From Paraspadella gotoi (taxonomy: Eukaryota > Animalia > Chaetognatha): a stretch of DNA of 64,000 bases. Each line of letters starts with the position of its first letter. Positions within the stretch are counted from its first letter, which is position 1. Shown here in pieces: positions 41,171-53,100 of the stretch. The position numbers and the translations under genes were made by a program. The stretch covers positions 1,137,756 to 1,201,755 of the forward strand of contig CM119263.1 of NCBI GenBank assembly GCA_051294375.1. Reading direction: 5' to 3'. The notes beneath the pieces are model-generated. The model searched no databases. It was given only the letters and a program-made list of their open reading frames with translations, and was not told where the DNA came from.

Positions 41171-44100
41171 CTCTTCTCTCTCTCTTTCTCTCCTGTCTGG
41201 CTCCTACTCTCGCTGCATTCTCTTTCTTTCTCTCTTCTGCGTTGCCGGCCTAATTCATTTGCCCCCTGAAACTTCATTTCTCTTTTTTTTTCTGTCGTCT
41301 GCCCCCAAAAGAAGGGTCAGCCTAATGTGCCTCGCTTCGGCGGTGGTCCAAGGACTGTGATTACTCCGCGCCCAGCTCTCTGCCGACGCGCGTCATCGCA
41401 GGCGTACTCACGCCACTGTGTTCTACCTTCGCGGTGACGAATAAGCCCTCTGGATACCGTCGCGCTGGGGACATCATTGTCCTGTCTCTATGCGTGTACT
41501 GATGGTGGCGGGTGAATCGGTTAGGAGCATTAATCGTGAGAAAGAGCGACATGCGCGTGTGCCCATGTCCTATAAAAAAGTGGACATGGTACGACTGAAG
41601 CGGCTATCACCTCTCTCTTCCGCGATAACTGGAGCCAGTCAGCACGGGAATCCCTCTCTTCGTCTCTCTCTCTCTTCTCTCTCGTTCTACCTTTCCCCTT
41701 CATCTCTCTTATGTTCTCAGCGTCTGCCTTTCTCTTCTCTCTCTCTCTCTTGTGTCTCGCCTCTCGCTCTGCCGTTGCATCTGCTTCCTCTCATCTCTCT
41801 GCTTCGTCTCCTCCTCAGCTGCTCGTCTCTCTCTCCTCTCTCACTGCTTCCTCTCACTCTGATTTCCTTTCCTTCTCTCCTCTCGTGCTCATCTACTCTT
41901 ACTCTCCTCTCGTATCTCTTGGCTATCTCTCTCTCTCTCGCGCCAAGCTTCTCAATCAGTCGTTCTACTCCTATCTTTTCTCTGCATCATCCAACTCAGA
42001 GGCTCCTTCCTCTCCTCTCTCTCTCTTCTCTCTCTCTTTGCTCTCTCTACCTCTCCTCAGTTCTATCCAGTCCAACCCTCTTCTCTGTCATTAACATCTC
42101 TCCCGTTCTTCATTCCCTAGTGGTCCGATATATTTCCCGTCGTGTCTGCATCTTATATTCTGCCAGGTCACAACGGAGACTGGCGCGTCAGACAGCTGCG
42201 GGGCGGGCGGTACGTGAACCGAAGCCAGTGAATATCCGGACAAACACAAAGGCAGAAAGGCCAACAAGAAGAATCAAACCAAGGTAGACGCGAGTACTAA
42301 ATGTAATTATATCTACGGACGCCCCTCGCATGACAAACCGCACGTGACGATGTGTCCAACGGGCGAACCGACAGGCCTGATTATAACAGAAGGGCATAAG
42401 ACAGAAGCTCACTATGTAGAGATGTGAGAGCATTCAGACATAGCATAAAATGTTAGACAGGATAAGGAAGAAGACTGAATGTACATTCGATAATGTAGTC
42501 ACAGAACAGATCGGACTAATACGACACAATATGACAGCGTATAGACAGATAGAGCGCAAAGGAAAAAATTTAAAACTACGAAGATAAGACATGATAGTAG
42601 CTTGGACGTGGAAACAGGACATAATCAAGCGCACAAGTCGCGCAGTCTTGAGCAAAGCCTGCATATAGCACAGCCGGAGTACAGCCTATACTACCGCTCT
42701 GCGCCTGTCGCTCTTGCAAATGTCATGTGTGGAGCTTCACTGCCTCGTGTGACACAATAAATTGTGTGAAGGAGATAAAAAATAAGGTGGGAAACGTTAA
42801 GATGAAGAGAGAGATCAGATATGCAGAAAATAAGGTTTACTCGGTGATATCTCTTACTCATGAACTTTCTCTATCTCCCTCTCTTCATCTCTCTAATCTT
42901 CTTCGGCTCTGCTCTCTCTGCTCTCTCTCGTTCGTCTCTCTGTCGTCGTCCTCTCTCGTCGTCGTGCTGCCTCTGCAAGCGTACAGCTCTATCGTGCGCC
43001 GTAAAGTCGAATGACGCGCCGAGCTGGAAGCTGTCTCGCGAAAAGGATAAGTATTCACTAAGAAAGGCTAGCAATAAACTACACAACCTCCATAAAAGGA
43101 CAGTGACAAACTCAGTACTATCCTGGTGCTCTCTCCGTCCACACCGCCAATAAGATAGCGCCGCGCGACAGACTACCCATACGCGGATATCATATAGATA
43201 TAACAGAAACCCCAGTATGATTCAGAAATTACAGCAGACGCAAAGACGCGCAACGCGAGACTCGAGGCAATCACAAGAAGATAAATCAAAATGCTCAAGG
43301 CACCAGTGAACAAACGATTAAAAAGAGACCAAGTAAGTGTAAAGTGAAAAGATAAGATATAACATGCACAAAGAGTAAAATGTAAGTAACTGATCAAGAA
43401 AAAGAGAAAAGAAAGTCTGATAATATGTCGTTTTCAAGGGTTTTCAGGACTGTTGGATATTAATTTACGTTCGCTTTTTATTTCAAATTCGGTATAACTC
43501 ATACTTTGCAAAGAACGACGAGTTAATGTTTTATGCCAGATATTATAATCTTTGGTTAGCGAGACGAGTATATAAGGATATTTTAATGTTGCAATTATAA
43601 TCAATCAGTTATTACGTATTATAAAATACTTTTATTAATCCTTTCATTAGAGCTAAAACAGATTTCTACTAATTTTGTTTCCAGTTGCTCTTGAAGAATG
43701 TGTCTTTCAAATAATTTATCAGATAATTTATGATACTTTTTAGATAACTTTTAATTAATTTTCTGGTACGAACTGAATTCGTAGTAATACGTAGGAAGCC
43801 GTTTATAGAAAAAGAAGCCAGTGACTTTTTTCTTATATTTTTATATCGATAGATGTGGAATGAACGGGGAATATTGTTAAATCTCAAGTTTCGCTTTTAA
43901 TTCGGACCTCACATTGGTGGAGATTAATTCTTAGGGAAAGCTAATCGAAAATTTCCAACCCTTTTTTTCAAGCATGGTCTCGCCTTTTAAGATTTTTCGA
44001 CCGGTTCGTGACTTGCGCTCTTTAAACAAAACTTATAATTCCGCTAGTTAATTTTTTCGTAAACAGCAAGAGGGAATGCCAGCAGACTTTCGGTTTTTAT

Positions 44101-47100
44101 GATTTCTGTAAAGAAAATATCATAAATTACATTTAACATTGGGATATTAGTGGAAAGTATAATTCTTGTTGAGCCTGTGGAGTTAAGATAAGTTAAGAAA
44201 AGTTTCGCCTATTTTATTAGTTGAAAATGACAGTAAAGTGAAGAATTGAATGTTCTTCCGTCATTTCAGTAAAACATCGCCGTGTGCGCTAGGCATAAAT
44301 TAATGGTTACTTTTTCGCTGTGGAAAGAAAAGATAAATACTAGGCTGTTGATGGGGGAATAATATTTTAGTAGAAATTTTGTAAGCATGCTTGGTAAAAT
44401 CAGACAAGCAAATATTTAAGTGACCAAAAAATTCACATTTTCTTTATTCCAAAAACTTTAAAGTTTTTACTATAGTACAATTTAGCCTTTTTTTCTTAAG
44501 AATCATATAAAAAAGAATTAAATTTTCATTATTTAGGTTTTTAAATTCCATTATAATTTTGAGCTGTAGTTGACAGCTCACCCTGTAAAGTTTCAGCATA
44601 AGTAACTAAAATTGTATCTTGTATGTGGCCCTATTGATTTATTGGCTTCATTTTACGATACCATCCCTTTGATCTTATTCCGTTCAAAAGGATATAGGGA
44701 AAAATCAGTTTTTTTTCTCGAACTTCCTTTTTAGATTTTGTTTTTTAAATAGAAAATTTCGCATTCAAAACCTGGACTATTTCATTTAAACTCTGCATCT
44801 TTTATGTCAAATCGATTATAAAATGAAAAGAAAAATAGGGACAAAGCTCTTCCAGACACGAAACTATTCAAATCGCAAATCGAAGTCGCTCATCGTACCG
44901 GAACAGTATAGGCAAGTGCGCCGTTTTGCAATTTTAATTTTAAAGCTTCTCCTTTCATTCTTTCTATAGTCAAAAATTGAGGTTTGAAAATGTCTCCGGA
45001 TGATTTGCTTAGTAGTGCATTTTTCCCCCTTGGGGCTGTTGATATTAAATCCTTTAATCAAATGCCAAAAACTGAATAGGAACAAGACTCTTCAGATGCA
45101 ACACTCTCCCGGAAGCGGTGCGCCGGTTTTTTTTAAACAAAAGTGTTTGGTTTTTTTTTAAAAAAAAAAAAAAAACCAAATTTCTGGCAAACGGCGTTTG
45201 TGCACATTTCGTAGTCAGATTGAACGGAATTCTACTTGAAGAAAGTTTTAATTTTTTTTTGTAAGGCGAGTTCGTGCCTACCTAGATAAGTACGGGCAAC
45301 AATACGGAAAAATGGAAATGAGGAAGAGGACAAGATGAGAAACAAGAAAGTCAAAGAATACAAAGTCGTAATTTTCATAAAAAGTAAGTCGCAAAATTTG
45401 TGTAAAGCGACTCAACATGCAAATCTGATTGACAACAACAACAACAACCCCATCAACAACAACAACAACAACAACAACAACAAGCTCTCCAAAAAGGACA
45501 ACTCGTCTCACCTCGGAACGTCGGCGACCGAATTGATCCTTTTCCCGATTCGAATCGGCGGGCGTCTCAATCCCGGCGACTGACTTCCGGCCATATTTCC
45601 GGCGCCGAGTTGAGGTGAGTGACAACCGGAAATCATGGAGGCCGCCACGCCCACCGCAGATCCGTTGCTATGGTAACCAAAGAGGTGAAAGAAGTAAATA
45701 ATCGTCACGCGGTAATGGATGAAGTGAAAAAACCTCACCTCAAACTAGAATCGGTCCGATTGTGAATTCTGTGCCTCATGACGAGTTCGTCGGCCGACGG
45801 GTCAGTCAACAATCGATCCAGAGTCTTCACCTTCGTGTAGTCCAGCTCGCACGGTCCCGTCAACAGTGTGGACAGAGTCTGACTGTCTAGAGTGTCCGCC
45901 ATCAGAGCTGAGAAGGAGAGTTTTTTTGGGGTTATTATCAAGTTATTATTTTAATGAGTTTTAATTGTATACGACAAAGATTTGATGCATAACTTGCTTG
46001 ATTAATTGCTTGGCGACTTTTCACGTTCTTACCGTGTGGTTCGTAGTAAGCTTTGGCTGTGGAGGCGACGAAGTTAATGATTCCAACGAGTTTTCTCTTG
46101 AGGATCGCGATTCTGATCCAAAGGCATCTCTCTCTCGCCGTTTGGCCGGAAGTGGTCAGGGAGGTCGATGATCCTGATTTTAAATCATTAAAAACAGTTC
46201 TTTAAAATATGTCCTTTTTAAAGAAAACGCGTAATACATAATACATAATTGTAATACGTAATACATTTATAGGAAAGGTAAATCATAAAATGTTAAATTT
46301 TTAGCAAATGGCTCGAAAAGATTTTGCGAACACCTTTTGTTTAGAATGTAGATCTTTGAAGGAAAACACCGCTTTCAGTTCCCTCTTTCGTCAATTTGAG
46401 GCATTACAACAAAAGACGAGAGAGTAACCCGAACTATTCTATAAAATATATAAAATAATATAGATGATATAATATATATTATATGAGATATATTACATTA
46501 TTATATACTGTTATGCCGTTTTATAAAATCATACATACATTATACAAAGCTAAAATGTTCTTTTTTAGAATCTTATACAAACCGGAAGCTGTTTTCCCGG
46601 CAGATTCGATTTCCTCCGCCTCGGATGTCATCTTTAATACTTCTGCAGCGCCGTCGTGAGTTCTTGGAAAAAGGAAAAGGAAAAGGAAAAGGAAAAGAAA
46701 AAGGAAAATGAGAGGTAAAGGAAAATAGAAAAGGAAAAAAGAATAATTGCATTTATTGAGAGCGTTACTAACTTATAACTTATATATTTTGAAACTAACG
46801 TTATAATTTTCGCGATTTTCTTTTTTTTTTTACTGAAATATCATAAAATATGATGATTGGAGGCCTTGAACCACCAAAGCCTTTAAAAATTGAGGGGCTG
46901 ATTTATTAAATGAATGGATAATTCTAGTAATATTGGTTGTACCAATTTCACACGAAGTAATTCTTAAAAAGAGTCCAAATTTGATCTCCGAAGTTTTAAT
47001 TGTTTAATGTAAAATTCTACGCTTAAAAAAATGCCTTAGACAGATCATTTATTAATTATTTTTTTTCGAAGGGTAACCCCCTGCTACCCTTCTCCGTTTT

Positions 47101-50100
47101 CTAAGCTTTTAAAGATGAGCGTTTTAACGGAATTGGTTCACACGATTCTTCGCGTGGTGATCCTTTTCCTCGTCGCCTGCTTCAAAAACCTTTTTCCTCT
47201 TGGTCCTTACAAATCAGTTCGCAACGAAGTCATTCTCATCACGGGTCAGTCTTGGATCCATCGGGGAAGGGTTGGGTAAGGCAGATTGGGTGAGTCGGGT
47301 GAAATTCTATAGAGTTTCGGATGACAAGTTGGTGAGTTAAATTTTAGAGAGACGAGCGAAAAGTAAAGACAATATATATTAAAAATTTATTTTATTATGT
47401 AAATATTTATCAATGCTACAAAAATTCTACTAATTGCTGTCGGCAAAAATCGATTAATGATACAAAAACTATGAAAGATTTCAATCACTTTTGCCGACTT
47501 TTCTTTTTTCGGCCGACTGCATCTTTCGATCCGCCCGACATTCGACGCAGGCACCGGCGGCGGCCTCGGCCGACAAATGGCCGAAAAGTTCGCGTTACGT
47601 CACGGGGCGAGGATCATTTGCGTCGGGCAGAACGTCGCAGCCAATCAGGAAACGGCGGACAAAATTAACTTCAACGGTGTGAGTCTCAGCCAATCAGGAA
47701 TGAGTGAAGATTCGATCTAATATATTTGGAGAGATAGTTTGTAGTTGGAGGAAGGGCTTGACCCAAATGATTCCGGTTCACCAACCAAAAGTTGCAGGCG
47801 CTACGGTAAGATCCGTAGTTGTAAAACTGCTGCGCAATAGTCCGAGAACTTCCCACCGCATTGACTTCCGCAATTGTATCATGGTGGACTAAGTTCCACC
47901 AACCGTTTATCAGCGCCCATTGGTGCAGGAGGCAATCATTCGCCTCCCAATCCAAAGGTCCCGGGTTCTAGCCCGGTGGTCGCCTTGCAGTTAAGAGGGA
48001 CGGGGCGCTTAACATGGTGTTATAGGCGGGTTAAATCCAAAGCTCAGAGACTGCTTAATTGCTTATATTGAACGGTTCTGTCCCTAACTCATAACAATTA
48101 TTACTGTCCCTTCAGTATTCTTTATAAATTAAAACGACTTATTTTAACCTCCCGATCCCCTTGCTGGCATCTTCCCCCAATAAAGGGAAGGGCTGTCGTC
48201 TACCCTTGCGATCTCGTCGACTCTGAGCAAGTGGCATCAATGGCTCAGGCAGTCAAGATCAACGAGGGAGACATCGACATTCTCATCAACAACGCGGGCG
48301 TCGTGACGGGAAAGGCATTCTTGGAATCAACCAATCAGATGAACAGGTGATTTGTACGGTTTGAATGGAATCAACCAATCAGATGAACAGGTAATTGATA
48401 CGGTGTGGCGGTATAGTTGCACAAGTCGCGCCCGGTCACGTCCACGCATCCATCAGCCAAGTCCATTGGCTCAGAGGGGGAACACACCATCCAGGGGTAG
48501 TGTTCCATCCACAGTCCTAAAGACTTCCTCTGCGTTGGCAAAGCGAGAGACGTCCTAGGTGTAACCGCGCCAGTGACTGGAGCGTCACTGAGGTGTCGGA
48601 TGCCCCCAAAGCCAACAGTGAGATGCCCATCCCAATGGGCATCACAGGCAACACGGCTGTTGCCATAACGGGTTTGATTGAATAAAAATGGTCCCGTCCG
48701 TTTATTTTATGTTTTTGATTTTGATTTATTTATTTAAAAGAAAAAAAGGACTGAGTTATTCGAAAGATGTACAAATAAGCTTAATCATTTTTTAGTAGTC
48801 GTCTTAATTTCACAATCTCATATTCTTCACTCAGACAAACGATTGCTAGTGAACACAGAGAGTCACTTTCTGGATGGTGAAGGCTTTCTGCGGCGATGAT
48901 CGCGAAGAATCACGGTCACATCGTCACCATTGCCTCTGGAGCCGGTGAGAGGAGTTGCGGATCCCGGCTTGAGGGACTCTCGAATCATTTTTACAATGTG
49001 TTTGAATATCAGTTAATCTAGTTGTCAGGAAGAAACTCTAGCTTAAATACGAAAAAATTCTGAGAAATACACTGATGGGGCCTATTAATTAGTTTATCGA
49101 CAAATATATTTAAAAGTCATGTCAGATGAAATATCCGTGACGAAGGTATCATCCGCTGGAAATGGAACAGTGGATGGATCTGAGAGACCAAATGGTTTGC
49201 CTCTCCTGGCTTTTCTCTATTTTCTTCTGATTGACAATCAGAGAGCTTGCCTCTCTTGGCGTTTCTATCCTTTTCTTTTGAGAGGAGAGGAGGCTTCCTC
49301 GAGGAAACCGACGGCAGGGAAAGAGGAGAGAGAACTTGATCACTCCTCAACTTACCTTCAAGAAATCAACATCGAATTCTGTTTATTGTATTTGTTTACT
49401 GTCTGTTTATAACTTTATACTGCCAGGCAAACCATTTGGTCCATTAAATCCACCCACTGGTATTATAAACTGTGATCCGGTCACGATCGCTTTTCATTCC
49501 CCCCAAACTATCCCAAGGCCTCGTCGGAATCAACAAATTGGCGGACTATTGCGCCTCTAAATACGGCGCCGTCGGTTTCGCCGAGTCTCTCATGGCCGAA
49601 CTGGACGTGTGCGGCGCCGACGGCGTCAAAACGACGCTCGTTTGTCCCTACTTCATCTCGACGGGAATGTTCGACGGCGTCGAAACGCGATTCCCTTTGA
49701 TCTTGCCGATTTTAACGCCGGATTACGTCACGGATAAGATCATCGACGCCGTCTTGCAAGATCAGGTGGGATAAGGGATTAGGAAAGTTTATTGCAAGAT
49801 CAGGTGGGCCAAAAAATGGGGAAAGTTTATTGAGGAAGAGGAAATTAAAAATGAGTACAAATTGGATAACGAAAATGGGAAATTAAAAGGTCAAAAACAT
49901 TAAACTAAGTGGGGGATAAAAAGACGACCAGACGAGTTATCGCAGTTTAAACCTAAAAACCGCATTTAAGTAAGTCGACAGGGATTTCAACATGAAACCA
50001 AAGTGGATATTTATTTCACAAAGAACAAGCGCAAGAAGGTGTCAGATTTGAGACAGAGTGAATCAAAGTAGAAACAGAAACTATTTATAAAGAGCAAAAA

Positions 50101-53100
50101 GAAATAAATTATGTTATATGAAGAAAGAATAATTTAAAAACTATAAATAATTATTGCTTTAACATTTTTCTTCTCTTTCGCCACTTTTTATTATTATTAA
50201 TTTATGGTTTTCCTTATCGGCCGTTTGCTCTCTTCGTCGTGTCTCTTCTCGTCTCTCTCTCTCTCTTCCTCCTCTCTCTCTTCTCTCATCTCTCTCTCTC
50301 TTCTCGTCTCTTTCCCCCCCCTCCGCCAACCGTCCAGGATGTTCTCTACATGCCGGCGCGTGTCTGTATCGTTGCTTGTCTTCGCCAAAGGATTTCTGCC
50401 GGCGAGGGCGTTGCAGGTCATCCTCAGATTTATCGGCGCCGGAGAAATGATGACGCACTTTGTCGGCAAAAACAAGTGACAAATGACAGCGGACTTGGTC
50501 GGAAAAGGGGAAGAGGAAGCGACGGAGAATAATGACAAAGGAGCGTCTCGCCGCGATTGGTGAAAAAGTCGAAGAATTTTGAGTAATAAAATTTGTGTTT
50601 TTCTTTCATGAAAATCGATTAACTTGAAAAATAAAGAAAAGCGATTTCTGATTTTTTTTTTTTTTTTATACAGAATGTATCCTATTAACGAATCTTATTA
50701 AGCCATTTTGTTTTTCGATAGAACGTCACGTTAAAAACGTGTCTTACGAATTAGTCGACATTATTTATAACATGGAACTAATAAAGGGTCGTTGTACATG
50801 GGACTACGGGAATAGGGTAATTAAAAAACCAAATACATACTTTCTTATTATTATAATTCTTTGTTCACCGGAGAAATTCCTTAAAAACTAAGTTCATAAT
50901 TATTTGCTCCGTAATGAATTGATTCCCGCGACAACGACTCATAATCTGATTGTTGAAGCTTGTTATTATCTCGTCGTTGGCGTCGGAAAAGCTTGCATTC
51001 CATTTGTCAGAACCAAGTCGGTGGAAAATCAAATCGTTCTCATCACGGGTAATTAATTTTTTGGTTGTTATACTAAACTTGAATAATGGAATGTCACGTT
51101 AGTAGATCGACAACTTTGATTAATTTCCGAGGCGCCGGAAGCGGCATGGGACGATGCTTGGCGGAAAAGTTTGCGTTGCGTCACAAAGCGAAAGTCGTCT
51201 GCGTGGACATCGTCGAAGACCAGAATCGAGAGACTGTGGATATCATCAAAGGCAAAAACGTGAGTTTATTGGAGGCGAAGTCAAAGAAACTGGAATTGTA
51301 AAGACCTTCCTCTTAACGCTCGCTAAATCTGAGCTGGTTTAGTTCTCGAGGTCGCCGAGAGAGGGCGAGTTGGAACCTGTCTCGTGCACGTGACCGCGTG
51401 AGCCGGTGGAGGGCTCGTTTTATTAGGCCGAGGGCGCGTTGGAGCTCGCCAGGGGGCGCTTGAGAACCCATCTATGTGAAAGAGATGCTCGGCATAAAGG
51501 CGCTAGACTTTTGGGCTGGCCTGAACCCATTTCGGCGTCGACGAACAGTCACAACCTCGTCGTGGCGCTGAAGGTCTCTTCATACATATTCAACTGTTCA
51601 TTTGTTCAGGGTTTCGCGGAAGCGTTCATGTGCGACGTCTCGGATCCGGATGAGGTCATGAAGTTGGCGTCGGCGGTGAAGGCCAACGTGGGCGAGGTCG
51701 ACATCCTCGTCAACAACGCCGGCGTCCTCTACGGGAAGGAGTTTCTCGAGTCCACCGTCGAAATGAACAGGTGGCGTTGGGAAAAACAATAGAGCAATGG
51801 GAGGAAGTGAGAAGGGGAAAGAGCAAATAGAAAAAAAAGAAATAGGGAGAAAAGAAGGCAAGGAAACGATAAAGATATTAGTCAAGGCGCAAGGAATTAA
51901 AAAATAATATTATTTATATTTTTTTTAATATTATGGCAACTGCCTGGTAGCCTGTGATGCCCATTGGGATGGGGCATCTCACTGTTGGCTTTTTTTTTTA
52001 GAAAGACGATGGCGGTGAACTTTGAAGCTCAAATGTGGATGGTGAAAGCTTTTCTTCCTTCGATGATGGAGAGAAATCACGGACACTTAGTCACCATGTC
52101 GTCCGTGTCAGGTTCGTCGACATTTAACATTGCTTGCCTTGGATCGCTTTTAGGCAATCATCGATTGCCAATCAAGCAATGACATCCAGTGAATAGTTTT
52201 AGCTGAAGCTTATCTGAGTTCTCAACAAATCTTTTTTATCGAAAGACGGACTGACCGACTGGTCTATCATCCTCTTCCTCACTCGCCTCATTCTCCTTCC
52301 CCCCCCCCCTCGTCTGCAGGCCTGGCGGGCATCCGCAAGTTGGTCGACTACTCCGCCTCCAAGTACGCCACCATCGGCTTCGCGGAGTCCCTCGCCGCCG
52401 AGATCGTGTGGGCGGGAAAAGACGGCGTCAAGTCCACGATCGTCTGCTCCTTCTTCGTCTCGACGGGGATGTTCGCCGGAGCCAAGACGGCCTTCCCTAA
52501 ACTCATGCCCATCCACACACCCGATAGAGCAACTGACAAGATCTTGGAGGCCGTCTTGTCCAATCAGGTTTATCATGTGTTGTTCGTTGGGGTGTATGGG
52601 AGGTTTTTGTTTGTTATGTTTTTGTTTTGTTATGTTTTTTGTTTTGTTAGTGTTTTTTTGGGTGAGAGTAGGGAAGTAAGTGAATTAGGTAAGTGGAAGA
52701 AATTGATTGAAAAAGTGAAGAAAATGAGAGGAAAGAAGAATATAATTAATTATGAATAAAATCTTTAAAAATGAACTGACGGAAAAAAAACGTAAATTGA
52801 TAAATAAATGATTAATTAATTAATTAACTCATTAATGAATTAATTTAATTAAAAAAATGATTAAATAAGTAAATAAATCAGTAAATCCTAAAAAGATGAA
52901 TCAAGTATAATTATATGAATAAATCAATATGTCAATGAATACAAAAGATAAAACAATCAATCAGTCGATCAAAAATGAAATGCAATCGTCATTCTTTCTA
53001 TTCCTATTTTCAGGAAGTGCTCTACATGCCGCGCGTCATTTACCCATTAGTCATGGCCAAGGCCATACTTCCGGTCCAATCGCTTAACTCCGTAATGAAT

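Noticed and set aside
360-43400. Many ER/RE-rich and LS/SL-rich ORFs in the track
   Set aside because: Translations of (AG)n/(CT)n and related microsatellites or of N gaps; no splice or domain support
47913-47985. Functional tRNA gene
   Set aside because: The anticodon stem does not pair and there is no T-run terminator; better explained as a SINE head
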